Shown in pieces: positions 24,422 to 36,650 of a stretch of 64,000 bases of DNA (position 1 is its first letter; the number at the start of each line of letters is the position of its first letter). The DNA is from Geosiphon pyriformis uo1 (lineage: Eukaryota > Fungi > Glomeromycota). The notes beneath the pieces were generated by a model. The model was not told the origin of the DNA. It worked only from the letters and a program-made list of their open reading frames with translations, and did no database searches. The position numbers and the translations under genes were made by a program. The stretch is taken from positions 840,719 through 904,718 of the forward strand of contig JAAOMT010000512.1 of the NCBI GenBank assembly GCA_016748015.1, given 5' to 3'.

Positions 24422-25499
24422 CTGTTTTTAAAATCAATAATAAGATTTTTTAAGTTAGTAATCAAACATGTTTTATTTGTTGCTTTTCTAATTTTGGTTA
24501 TTATTCCCAGTTTGCTCTGGTTATATTTGGATTTCAAGTCAATTTAAATGCTGCTGTTGTTAAGACTAATACACTAAGAAAGTGTCATATCTAATGAAAA
24601 ATTTTTGGTTGTTAATTTTGTTTTAAATGTTAAAAAATAGGTTATTTGACTATATATTATAAAATTTTTTTACTTTTTTTTTCTAAAATTCCCAAGATAT
24701 TTGCTCCATATTTTGTAAATACAAAGTTTTATGTTAAGATGTCTGTTTTTTTGAACTTTTCTGAATTTTTTTCATTAATAATCTCTATTTCTTTTTCTAA
24801 AGTTGAGAATAATTCTTTAATTTTGTTTTGGCTGGTGTTTTTAGAATTTGATTTGGCCAAGTTGTCAACTTTAGTTAAATTTATTGTTAAGCTTGTTAAT
24901 ATATTAATAACTACTTTTAAACAATTTGTTAAGGGTAATTTTGTGTTAAGCAGCAAACTTAAAAACAAAATTAATAAGCTTGTGATATATTTGGGTGTTT
25001 TTAGCAAATCTGTTGGTAAATTAAAAAGAGAGATAGTAATATTAAATACAGAATATAGTATGAAAAATATTAATATATTTGGTAATTTTGAAGTTCTAAT
25101 TACAGTAAATAATGAGGTATTTAGTAAATTAATGGCACTCTAAGAATTTAAATCTTTTAAGATTAGGTCTAGTTCTATAAAAACAGCCAAATGGCTTGTT
25201 GGATTAATTTTTAGTAGTTTTACTTTATTTAATGTAGTTTAAAAAATATCTATCTTAGACAAATTTTCTTGTAAGTTGTCAATATAATGTAGTCTAAACT
25301 GGTTTAAGTAGCTAGTTACATAGAAAAAGTATGTGAACTACACTTAGTTTAAAATGCTTAGTTTGTTTTAAAGAACTAAATAGTAGTTGAACCATATTTA
25401 TTAAACTTCAATTAAAAAAAATAAGTTATTTTAGTAAACTATTAAATATTTTATCAAATTTTTTATTATTTTAGCGAATTTTTGATTGTTATTTAGTTC

Positions 25500-28400
25500 A
25501 AATTTTTGCTGATAATATTACCAACTTAACAAATTAAATTACCAATTTTAAAGACTATACAGCTAATTAATTTGGTTTTAAAACTATTTTTTGAAATAAT
25601 AATTTTTTTTTAATTAAAAAATTCAAATACTGTTTATTTACTAATACAAAAAGCAGCAACAGCAAAAAAAAGTTTTTAAAATAAATAAGAGTATATTATT
25701 ACAAGTTATTAAGCTTTAATTTAACGAAAAAAATCTTATTAAAAACATCAAAAGTATTTTTAATGTTATTAAAAAATATATTAAAAAAACATTACAAAAT
25801 ATAACAAAAAAAGAAAAAAACTACTACAGAAAATTTTATAATTTTAAAGATAATTAAAAACATAAAACTATTAATCATAATTTTAATAACAGTATTTAAA
25901 AAGTTTTAAAATACAAAATTTATACAAAACAACTTAATATTGTTTTTTAAATCTGACTTAAATTTAACAAAGCCAAACAATAACTAATACAAAAAATTAA
26001 TCTTTATTAATTTAATTTTAAATATAAATTATATATTAAAATAGAAATTATTTATTAAGAAAATTTTTATTTATTAAAAAATAGTTTTTAAATATTATTA
26101 AAAACAGCACTAAAAATAAAAAAGTAAAAATTAATTTGGTTTTTATTTAAATTTAATTCTTAAGATTAAATAATTTAATAATTAATTAATTAAAAACATA
26201 TTCAAAAATTTGTTTTGTTTTTAAAACTAGTAATAATCTATTAAAAAATATTATTTTTAATAATACAATTAATAATTAATCTTGTTTTATCTTGAAAAAT
26301 ATGTTATTATTATTACTTATATTAAAATAAATAAATATTATAATAAAAATTTAAAATATTAATAGTAAATAAAAATAACTATTATTGTTTTTAAATTTTC
26401 TGGTTTTTTTAGCTATTTGTAAAATAGTAACAATAAATAATAATAGTAATAATAATAAAATAAAATAAAACCAGTTTGTTAACTAAATTATTATTAGAAT
26501 TCTTAAAATTCTTAGAAAAAATAAAAACAACATTAGAATTAATTCTAATATGTCTCTTAAAAAAAACTTTAACTAAAAAAAAACCAATATTCAAAGAAAG
26601 AAAATATTTTAAAAGCTATTAAAAGCAGTTTAATATTATTAATATTTAAAAAAAATATATTTATAATATTTTAATTAGCTGTTTTACAACAAAAAAAATT
26701 TTTATGTTAAAGTTTTATTAATTACTATAAAAAAAATAATGTTTACATATTTTTTACTTTTTAATTTAATTATAATTATAAAAATAATATAGTATTGTTT
26801 TAACTAATTTAAATAATTAATTATATGTAAAAAATATATAAATTGTAATTATTTTAAAATCTTTATATTTTATATTATAATTAATAATTAGATTATATTT
26901 GATTAAAGCAAATAAAAAAATAAAATAAAATAAAAATATTAACTTAAAAAGTTTTTTTAATTATAAAAATATTTAAATTAAATTTTAGAAATTTTTTTAA
27001 TTTAAATTAAATTTTTTATTAAAGTTTTATTTAAATAATATATTATAAATATACTTAATTATATATATAAAAAACATAAATTTTATTCAATATAAAATAT
27101 ATACATATTAAATATATTTAATTATAATTGGTTTATATTATATATATTAATATTAAAAAAATATTAAAAATAAATTTTATGTTATTATAATTATTAATAA
27201 AAATTAAATTTTTAAAAATAATTATTAAATTAGTATTTTTATTATTATTAAATTAAATACAATTTATGTATTTTTTACATGTAAATATAAGTTTAATTTA
27301 AACTAAATTATATTAAATCTATAAAAAAAATTTTTTTAAAAAAAATATTTTATGTAAAATTACAACCAAAAAATTATTATTTACAATAATATTTCTTGAT
27401 TATTTAATAGTTTTATCTGTATTTAATTTAATATTAATTAATAAATACTTTTAAAAAATTATTAATTAAATATAAATATTATGTTTTAAAATATTATTAA
27501 AATTATTTATATAATTAGTTTTAATATTATATTCAAATTTAATTTTAATTATCTTTATATTAACTTTACTTAAAATTTTACCAAAAACAAATATTTTATT
27601 TTGATAATAGTAATTATATTTTTAGATTTTTTATATAAAACAAAATAATATTTAACAAAATAATAATCAAAATAATTAAAACACTAATTAATTTAATAAT
27701 AACTTTTATTAAAATTAAAATATTTAATTTAAATTCCAAAAAAACCAAATAAAAACCAACTAAAAAATTAACAACAATAATAACAATAGCTAAAAATTAA
27801 TAATAAAAAGATTTAAAAAAGCAGAAACAGAAATTATAATATAAGATTTAACTTTAATAAAATATAATTTAAAAATTTTAAAAAAAATAATAAATTAAAA
27901 TAAAAACTTTTAAAGAAAAAGTAATAATATTTTATAATTTAAAGTCAAATAATCAAAATTTAAATACTTAAAATATTGTTAATATTTAAGTATTTTTTAT
28001 TAAATACAATATTTTTTTAAAATACTAGTTTTAATAATAACTACATATTAAAACTACTTAATAATATTAGAAAAATAAAAAATAAAACAAATATAATTAT
28101 TAATTTAAAAAACCAACTTATTAATTTTAAAGACTATATAATTAAATAAAAAATTAATTAATTTGGCTTTAAATATATTATAAGAAAAATATATTTTTTT
28201 AATTTCTAAAAAAAAAATCTTAATACTATTTTTGTTTACTAAAATTAATTAATATGTTAAAATAGTTATAAATATATTAAAAAATTTAAAATAAATAATA
28301 ATATATTATTAAATATTAAAAAATTTTAATGTAATTTTAAAAACTTTATTATAAATACTTAAAACTAATATAATATTAATTACAAATATATTTAAAAAAA

Positions 28401-30100
28401 TATTGTATAAAGCAATAAAAGTAAAAAAAACTCAGGAACTACTTTATATTTAATTAATTTATAAGTGAAAACAGTAAATTTAACTTGAAATATAGTATTT
28501 AAAAAAGCTAAAAAAACAAATTTCATACAAAAAAGTTTTATATTGTCTTTAAATACAAAATTAGCACTAATAAAACCATATATAAATTAAAATACAATTT
28601 TAACAAAAGTCAATTTAATCTTAAAAAAACATTAAATATTAAAATAAAAACTATATATTTAATAAATCTTTAATAATTAATGATTATTTTTTAAGTTTAT
28701 TAGAAATAGTATCAAAAAACAAAAAAACAGTTAATTTTGTTTTTATTTAATCAGTTCAATTTTTAAGATTAAATAACTTAATAATATAATGGAATAAAAA
28801 CACATATAGAAAAAAATCTTATTTTGTTTTTAAAATAAAAATTAATCAAAAATCAATATATTAAAAAATATAGTCAAAAATTAAATCAAACCAAAATTAA
28901 TTAACATATTTTTATTGATTATTCTAAACAAAATTTTTTTACTTATTTACAACTATAATAAAACTAAATATTATAATTAATATTAATAATACAAAACTAA
29001 TAAAAAAGCTAAAAAAAGCAAAAAAAATCAAAGCTTTATTTTTTACAAAAAAAACAGATTTTAAAACATTAAATCTATTAAAAATACCAAGAAAACTTTT
29101 TAGTATTTTAAAAAAGTTGTTATTAAACATAATAAAGATATAAAAAAGTTGTTTTTTGGTTTTTTTGGCCATTTAAACAGCAGTAAAAAAAACTTAATTA
29201 CTAGTTTTTTATTAAATATTTTAAGATTTTTTGAAAAAACAGAAATTATTTTAAATAAACTGCTTTAAAATAACTTAAAAAAAATTTTTTTAATTAAAGA
29301 TAAAAAAAAATACTTTTAAATACCAAAAAACCAATTAATTATTATTTTATTTTAAAAAAACACTTTTATAGTTGTTAAATAGTTTTAACAATTACTAATA
29401 TTTTATTAATAAAAAAATTATTAATTGTTTTAAATAATAATAAAAATACAGCTTTTTTATTCTTTGTTTTAGTCATAATTATAAAAATACAAAAGAAAAA
29501 GAGTCTTACTATATTTTAAATAACCAAACAAAATTCTTTGAAATTTATTATTATTTTAAACACATTTGTTTTAAAATAAAGTTTTGGTTTTTTTTACTTA
29601 ATATTTATTTTAATAATTATAACAATCAATTTAAATAACAATAATAATAAAAATATATTTATTATTATTAAATTGTATTATTTTATTTTCAAACAATTTT
29701 AATCTTAATTTATTCATAATTATATTATAATACTTAAAATATTAATCTTTTTTTTGGCACTTTTAATATTTTTTAAAAACTAATTAACAAGCAAAAACAG
29801 GTTTAACAATTTTAAAAAGCTTAAAATACAATTATATATTATTATAAACTAGCAAATTTTAAAAAATACCAAGAATATTTTTGTTTTATTAAAAATAATG
29901 CTTAAAAATATTATATAGAATTATAGCAACAAAAACAAAAATATGTATTACAAAAATTTTTACAATCTTAAAAATAATAAAAAAAGTAATTTAGCAAACA
30001 CAATTTTAATACAGTATTTAAAAAACTTAAAAGATAAGTTTTATATAAAAAAGTTTTATATTGTTTTTAATAATTAACTTTAAATTAATATTACAAATGC
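25500..30100 (-). repeat. Hypermutated, extremely AT-rich stack of ORF1-only family copies
   Basis: Reverse complements of the 8296-8325 motif (aaaaacaatataaaactttt) at ~25930, ~28530 and ~30050. ORF-start-like segments at ~26780 and ~29480. Boundaries approximate. Confidence 0.55.
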
Positions 30101-31122
30101 AATTATTTTACTGCGCAAACTTAAGCAAAAAAGAATTTGTCTTTTATGTTGGTAAATACTCTATTATTAAATAAAAAGATTATTAAAGTTTTAATAATGC
30201 AAAAGATCCTAAAAATCATAAAGAATTTGAAACTGTTGTAGAAATAACGAAAGATAAAACAATTGTAGGTTCAAATACTGTATTTATATATATATGAAAA
30301 AAGGGCAATTAAGTAAAAAAAATCTAGGTTCAAAAGTAAACGAATTAATTTAATGAATTTATAATCTTTGATATATTAAATTTTGAATTTTGTCAAGTTC
30401 AATTATTATTCCTTTTCTTTTATAAAAATCTTTTTTTGTGCAAATAAAACTTGATAGCCAATATTGAGCTTCTCAGCAAGAAAATTGGTTCAAATTTGAG
30501 TGTGAGCTATAATGGTTTATCGTTGCCATTGATAATACGAATGTCGCCAGCTTAAAACGTAGATTGAGAGACTTTTGTAATTGTTAGAAATCGGCAATAT
30601 TTATTTTTTTTGACAAGAAAATCAAAACTTAATTTGATTTTGTTTGTAATTTCTACTGTGCAAAAAATACTTGCTATTGATTATGCCATTAGAATATAGC
30701 TTATATCTGATAATTACAGTTCATAAATTTTCCATTTCCATAAGTATAATTCTAGGCTTTAAGCTTTGTTTTGAAAGATTCTGCAACCGAGGAACAATAA
30801 GCATGGCAATAAGAATAACAATGCACAAGGAAATATTGCCTTAAGCTTAGTTCATTAATTCTTGACCACAATTGATATTCAATGGCTTAAAGCCTCGAAC
30901 GAATGCAATAATAGAGAGATCCGAAGACTTCCATTTTGAAATTTGCTGGATCAAGGTCAATTATTTCACATTTTTGGCGAATAAAAACTTTAAACTGTGG
31001 CAATTCTCTGCTTGGGACTTTTTCTTAAATCCATCTTCAGGGTTTTTTCTCTTTTCTTTGTAAAAGAAACAATATTATCGAGCTTGAGAATATATATTGC
31101 TTAACAATCTTTTAGAGAAGCA

Positions 31123-33366
31123 ATGGAAATACCTACAAAAATGAGTTTCGAAGATTTTCGAGTTGTTGTAGCCATTGACTTTGGCACGACTTGTAGTGGT
31201 ATGAATCTCTTCAATGCTTTATGTTTTCCGTGCGTCTTAATAAATATTAAAAGAAAAATTTTGGTTTGATTTAGGTTTTGCTTATAGCCACAAAATTAAT
31301 CCTGACGTCATGGTTCACAGCTCGTTTCCCGGACAAATTGCTCCAAAAACAAATACGGTTCTTCAATATGATAAAGATTGGAAAGTGAAATCGTGGGGTT
31401 ATAAGGCCCTTGCAGCAGAACCATCCAGAAGAGATCGAAGAGTGATTGATCCTCCTCCGGTTGAATTGTTTAAACTTCATTTGGCCGATATAAATGAGGA
31501 AAAAAAACCAAAAATACCAGATGGTTTAAATTTTAGAACCGCAATCATTGATTTTCTATGTGAAATGCAAAAGGTTTACGATTTCTGTAATTTTATAACT
31601 ACATTGAATCACATGATACTTATTTGAGGTTGCTTTAATAAAATAAAAGTTGATAAAAGAAACTCTGGAAAAGCAATGGCCTGGCATAACTTTCTCTCAA
31701 GTCCGGTTTGTCTTTACTATTCCAGCCGAATGGGTAGATCTCAAATTTCCTTATTTCTATCGATAAGATTCAAAAAAATTTTGTCCCCAATTTACTTTAA
31801 ATCAAATATTTGATATTTTTCTTTGTATAGGCACCTGGAACTAAGGGAATTCTTCGGGATTGTATTTTCAAGGCTGGCTTTTTGGCCACAAAGCATGGCA
31901 TCAATCTTGAATTTATATCAGAACGTAAATTCTTATAATTACTTATTCTCATTAGGTGAATTTTTTAATCCTTCCTCTTGAGCTTAAACGTTTCCATTTT
32001 TTCTATCTTGGTTACAGCCGAAGCAGCAGCAATTTTTTGCATGCGAGTTCTAACAGAACATCAATTAGATGTTGGAGGTTGGTTTTTCGAATCATCAATA
32101 AGACATGAAGCACATGTTGGCTAAGACTCTAATTTTGTCTTGAATAATGATCAGCATCGTTCATGGTTTGTGACTGTGGGGGAGGAACAGTTGACTTAAC
32201 TACGCGAACATTGCTGGCAGACAACCAACTGGGTGAAATTACAGAGCGCACTGGCGATCTTTGTGGTAGTACCTATGTTGACAACGAGTTTACTCTATTT
32301 CTTGGACGACGACTGGGTATAGACGCAATGAAGATTTTTAAAGAAAAACATTACGGCCAATATCAATATCTAGTTCACAAATTTTTCTGCCAACGTGTGA
32401 AATACGAATTCCACGGTGACTCTTCCTCCTTCCGACCAATCGAACTTGATATCGAACGCTTTTGCCCAGCCTTAAAAGAACATGTCGTCCCTGAGATCCG
32501 GGAAGAAATGGAAGAAGATGAATGGATAGTTGAACTTCAATTTAATGATGTCAAGGCTATGTTTGATTCGGTTGTAGACAAAATCATTAGATTGATTCAA
32601 AATCAAATCAACACCAATAGAGAAAATAAATGTTCAGCAATTTTTGTGGTTGGAGGATTCGCCGAAAGTCCTTATCTGATAACGAGAATCAAAGATATAT
32701 TTAGTAGGGAAGTTGATACAATAGCTGTACCACAAAACCCTATTACTGCAGTTTTACGTGGTGCCGTACATTACGTAAGTTTCAAAGTTTGAATCATTAT
32801 ATGAGGCGTTTTATGTGTTAATAAATTGCAATAAAATTTACTAGGGACTCGATAAAGCAGTGGTGAAATCGCGTGTATTGAAACATACTTATGGAGTTGA
32901 AGTTGCGAGCCTTTGGCAACAAGAAGTTGATCCAAAAGAGCGTAGAACCCTTGGAGGTCGTATTTTGAAATTTGATCGTTTGGCCGCACGTGGAGTTATA
33001 GCTCCACCAGATATACAATTTTCTGGGACTTACTATCCAGTCAATCCTGATCAAGAATATATTACCTTTAAAATATATTATACTCCGAAACAAAATGGTT
33101 GTTATTGTGATGACCCTGGTATGGTGCCAGTCGGTGATATGACGATAAGGTATTTTGATAAATGAACTAATTTGTAATATATTTCCTGAAAACACTTTTT
33201 AAATTTTTTTTAATATCCCGAAAGTTTACCCAATGTCCATTTGGGACGAAACAGAGCTGTTCAATTCGGGCTTACGTTTAATGATGAAGAGATCAGAGCT
33301 ATTGCATGGGACAAACAGGCTGATGAAGTTATACCAGCATATTTTAGTTATGGTGATGAATTTTAA
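31123..33366 (+). CDS. HSPA12-like atypical Hsp70/actin-fold ATPase (multi-exon)
   Basis: VVVAIDFGTTCSG|FAY, KTNTVLQYD, FTIPAEW, FISE|PEAAAIFC, MVCDCGGGTVDL, CGSTYVD, VVGGFAESPYL, AVLRGAV; ends YGDEF-TAA. CpGs are intact. Confidence 0.9.
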
Positions 33367-33789
33367 CTCGGTTTGCGACGGTTATAGGAAGAGAAATTTC
33401 TGCTTCAATAATTGAAGAAATGACCCTAGTTTATGTAGCCTCGTGTAATATTTCGAGATTTATTTTATATTTTATTAGATGTTCAATATATGTTTGAAAG
33501 GATTTATGATGCTTGATAATATCAAATTTTTTTTATAGGTACCAGCTTCATACCTTATCCCAAAAAAACACATATTTCGATCCAAACAATCAAAGCATTC
33601 CAATCATCGCAAAATAAATAGTTTACCAAGAGCCAAAATTTGTGATTACAGACTATGGTTTAATCTTAAAGCTGTAATACTACTATTTTTTTATATAAAA
33701 ATTGACGAAAAAGTTAAAATTACATTAATTAAAGTTAGGTTCTTAAAGTAAGCAGGAATATTTTGTTATGAATGATATTAATAGAGAAT

Positions 33790-34780
33790 ATAACAACATT
33801 ACAAAATGCAATAATAGCAGAAAAAAATTTTTAATTATAAATATCAGACTTGGCAATTTTAAAAGATAAATTAACGAAATTAATTATGACAAAAGATTTT
33901 TCAAATGCAAATTCAACACAAAACAGCTTTATATTGTTTTTAGTAATCAATTTAAGATTAACAAAACCATACAAAAATTAAAAACTAATAATAACTTCTT
34001 AATTATTAGCAATATTGTTGAAAAATACAGTAATACCAAAAAATATTGTTTTAGTTTTTATAATATTAGCCCAATTTTTTCAAAGTTGTTAAGATTATTA
34101 TTTAATTAAAAAAACCATATTAGACAATACAGCTAAATATTAATCTGTGTTTATTTTAATAAATATATTATTGCTATTGTTGTTTAAATTAAAAAGAATG
34201 TTATTGTTTATAATCAAATAAAAACCAACTTTTTTTGATAAAACTGGACAATTGAACCAAAACTATCTTTTTTAAAGATAAAACAGGTTTAAAAGTAATA
34301 ATTATAATATTAAAGTCTTTAAAAACACAGTATTGTTGCTTTGAAAAAAATTATAAAAAGTTTGCTATTGTTATAGTTATAATATTAGTGATTGTTTTTT
34401 GGCCATTTTACTTTTTCTGATTATTTAAAAAGTAGTAGTAAAAATAGTTGTGACAAAAGTTGTTATAAAAAAAAGAAGTTTTAATACAAATTTATTGTTA
34501 AAAGTCTTGACACTTTTATCAATAGTAAAAACAATATTAAACTATTTTAATGTGTATTTTTTAACTAAATAAAACTTTTAATCAATAATGACCAAAAGTT
34601 GTTTTAAATTTGTATTATATAAAAAAAACTTTTAAACCATTTTTTTTAGTTATTATTACTATCAAAAAGACTTTTTTGGTTGTTATTTTCTTTATAATTA
34701 TAATAAAAAACAGAAATAGTAGTTGTTTTTTTTGTTTTAGTTATAAACATAAAATCTATAAACTAAGAAATAAAAAGAGT
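33790..34780 (-). repeat. Decayed 5' part of another ORF1-only family copy
   Basis: acaaaacagctttatattgtttttag (~33920) matches the family motif; start-like segment at ~34750. Boundaries approximate. Confidence 0.5.
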
Positions 34781-36650
34781 TTTTAACAAAAATCATAAAA
34801 ATTACAGATAATAATAATATTAAAATAAATAAATATGATTAATAATTTTTTTTAAATTGGTAAACATAATATTTATTATTTCAGAAATTTAGATTAAATC
34901 AATAAAATCAAATTTTTAATGTATTTTATTTACTTTTTGTTTCAACTAGATTAGAAATTACAACTTTTCAAAAAAACCAGATAATTTTACAAAAAAAATA
35001 AAATTAAATAAAATGTAATTCTTAATATTTTCTAATTACAGATAATTAAATAAGAAATTAATAATATTTGCTTATTGTATTAAAAATTCTTTAATAATAA
35101 ATTTATTTGAAAAAAATCAGCTGTAAAATCTTATTTTTTGTTTACAGTTTTGAATAAAATAAAATATTTTGTTTGAATATTTTTTGTTATATTAAAATAT
35201 TTTTGCATTAAATACATCCAATTATTAAAAAATAATCTATTTTTTTACTTAAATAATTTTGTATGCAACCAAAAATTGAGATAATTAAAGCTAAATTATT
35301 ATTATATATAAATAAAAACCAAAAAATAGTTGTTAAAACAGCAAAAGTTAATTAATTTTATAATTAAACTTGGTTTTATAAATCTTTAAAGAACACATAT
35401 TAATTTAAATTAGTATAAAAAAATATTAAATAAGTAAAATTATAATTTTAAATATAATTAAAAATGTTTTTTCACAAATTATTTATTATTAATTAAATTT
35501 GTCTAATTATTTTCTAAGCAAATATCTTTAAAATTTTAATTTTTTAATAGTAAATTAATAATTTAATATCAATTATATTATAGCAATTTTAGATAAATTT
35601 AATTTAAATAATTTTATAATAAACAACTTTTTATTATTCTGAATTTTATTTTAATTAAATAGCCATATTTTTTTTAAATTTAAAATGTTTTAGTACATAT
35701 TATATTTGCTTTTCTTTACTATTTGCTAATTATTATATCGAATTATATTTGAATTCTTACAAATAATCAACATTTGACTTGTTTATTTACAAAATATTAA
35801 GTATTTTCAAATTGTATATATAATAAAAAAATAGCTCAATTTTTTTATTATAATTTTACTATTAAAATACAAATATTATTTTAAACTAAAAATAAAATAT
35901 GTAAACCAAAATTTAAAATTTTTAATAAAATACTTTTTGTTTTTTGAATTATTTTGTTTTTTTTAATAAGTTTAGTATTAGTTAGTTTAAGAAAGTTTTG
36001 ACAAGTTTTTAAGTAATATTATAAATAAATATATATAAGATTTAAAAAATTTTCTCTCTCATTAATCCCCTGGCCACTATGAGAGTGAAAGAAAATTTGG
36101 AAGAAATCTTTTTACCTTATTTCTTCTCTTTTTGTTCGTTCAAGTTATTTCTTCCAATACACTCCTTTTTGTCATAATAAAACTGGTGGGCGCATCTGCT
36201 GGTGGTTTTGGTTTATTATCAGCTGGATCAGAATTCCGCTCTGGTAATAAAGATACCAAAAAAAGGCATGAGTTGATAGTGTATATTCTTGTGGTTCTTC
36301 TTTCAAGAAGCCAAACAAACTTAGAGCTTTCAGTGCTATTGTGGATTTGTCAGCTAGGTCTTTGTCTGCTAAAATATTACAAGCTACTGGTATTAGACAT
36401 AACAGATCTTGGAGCAGTAAAATGGAAAGCAAAGAAAGCAATGTGAGTAAGGTGTTAGATATGGAGAACTTGAAGAGCACAGTCACTAGAGAAACGAGCT
36501 ATATTGACTTCAATACTTTTAAAATGGATGACATGATAAATAACATAACTTTTAGGAAAACATAGACAAAGACTTATGTTTTGGGACAACTGCCAAAGGT
36601 ACTCTCTTTTATAGATATAAGTGACGATGATAATGAGTTGGTGCTCCTGG

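Larger units (their letters stand above)
7440..25421 (+). mobile_element. ORF1-only (HAL1-like) non-autonomous non-LTR element, decayed and split by Gypsy C
   Basis: A decayed ORF from ATG 7475 (MTITKAKSKK) runs to 8723, resumes at 24422 with a zinc-knuckle remnant (CFKC*KIGYL) and stops near 25287. It is followed directly by the shared 3' tail and poly(A). No EN or RT sequence is present. Confidence 0.7.

Noticed and set aside
26800-27700. Organelle insertion or centromere suggested by extreme AT content
   Set aside because: No organelle genes are recognisable and the flanks align to decayed retroelements; centromere function cannot be judged from sequence.
36048-36100. Possible hammerhead or HDV ribozyme at the LINE 5' end (hairpin TCTCTCAT...ATGAGAG followed by GAAA)
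   Set aside because: No CTGANGA core and no HDV pseudoknot could be built; only a simple hairpin is supported.
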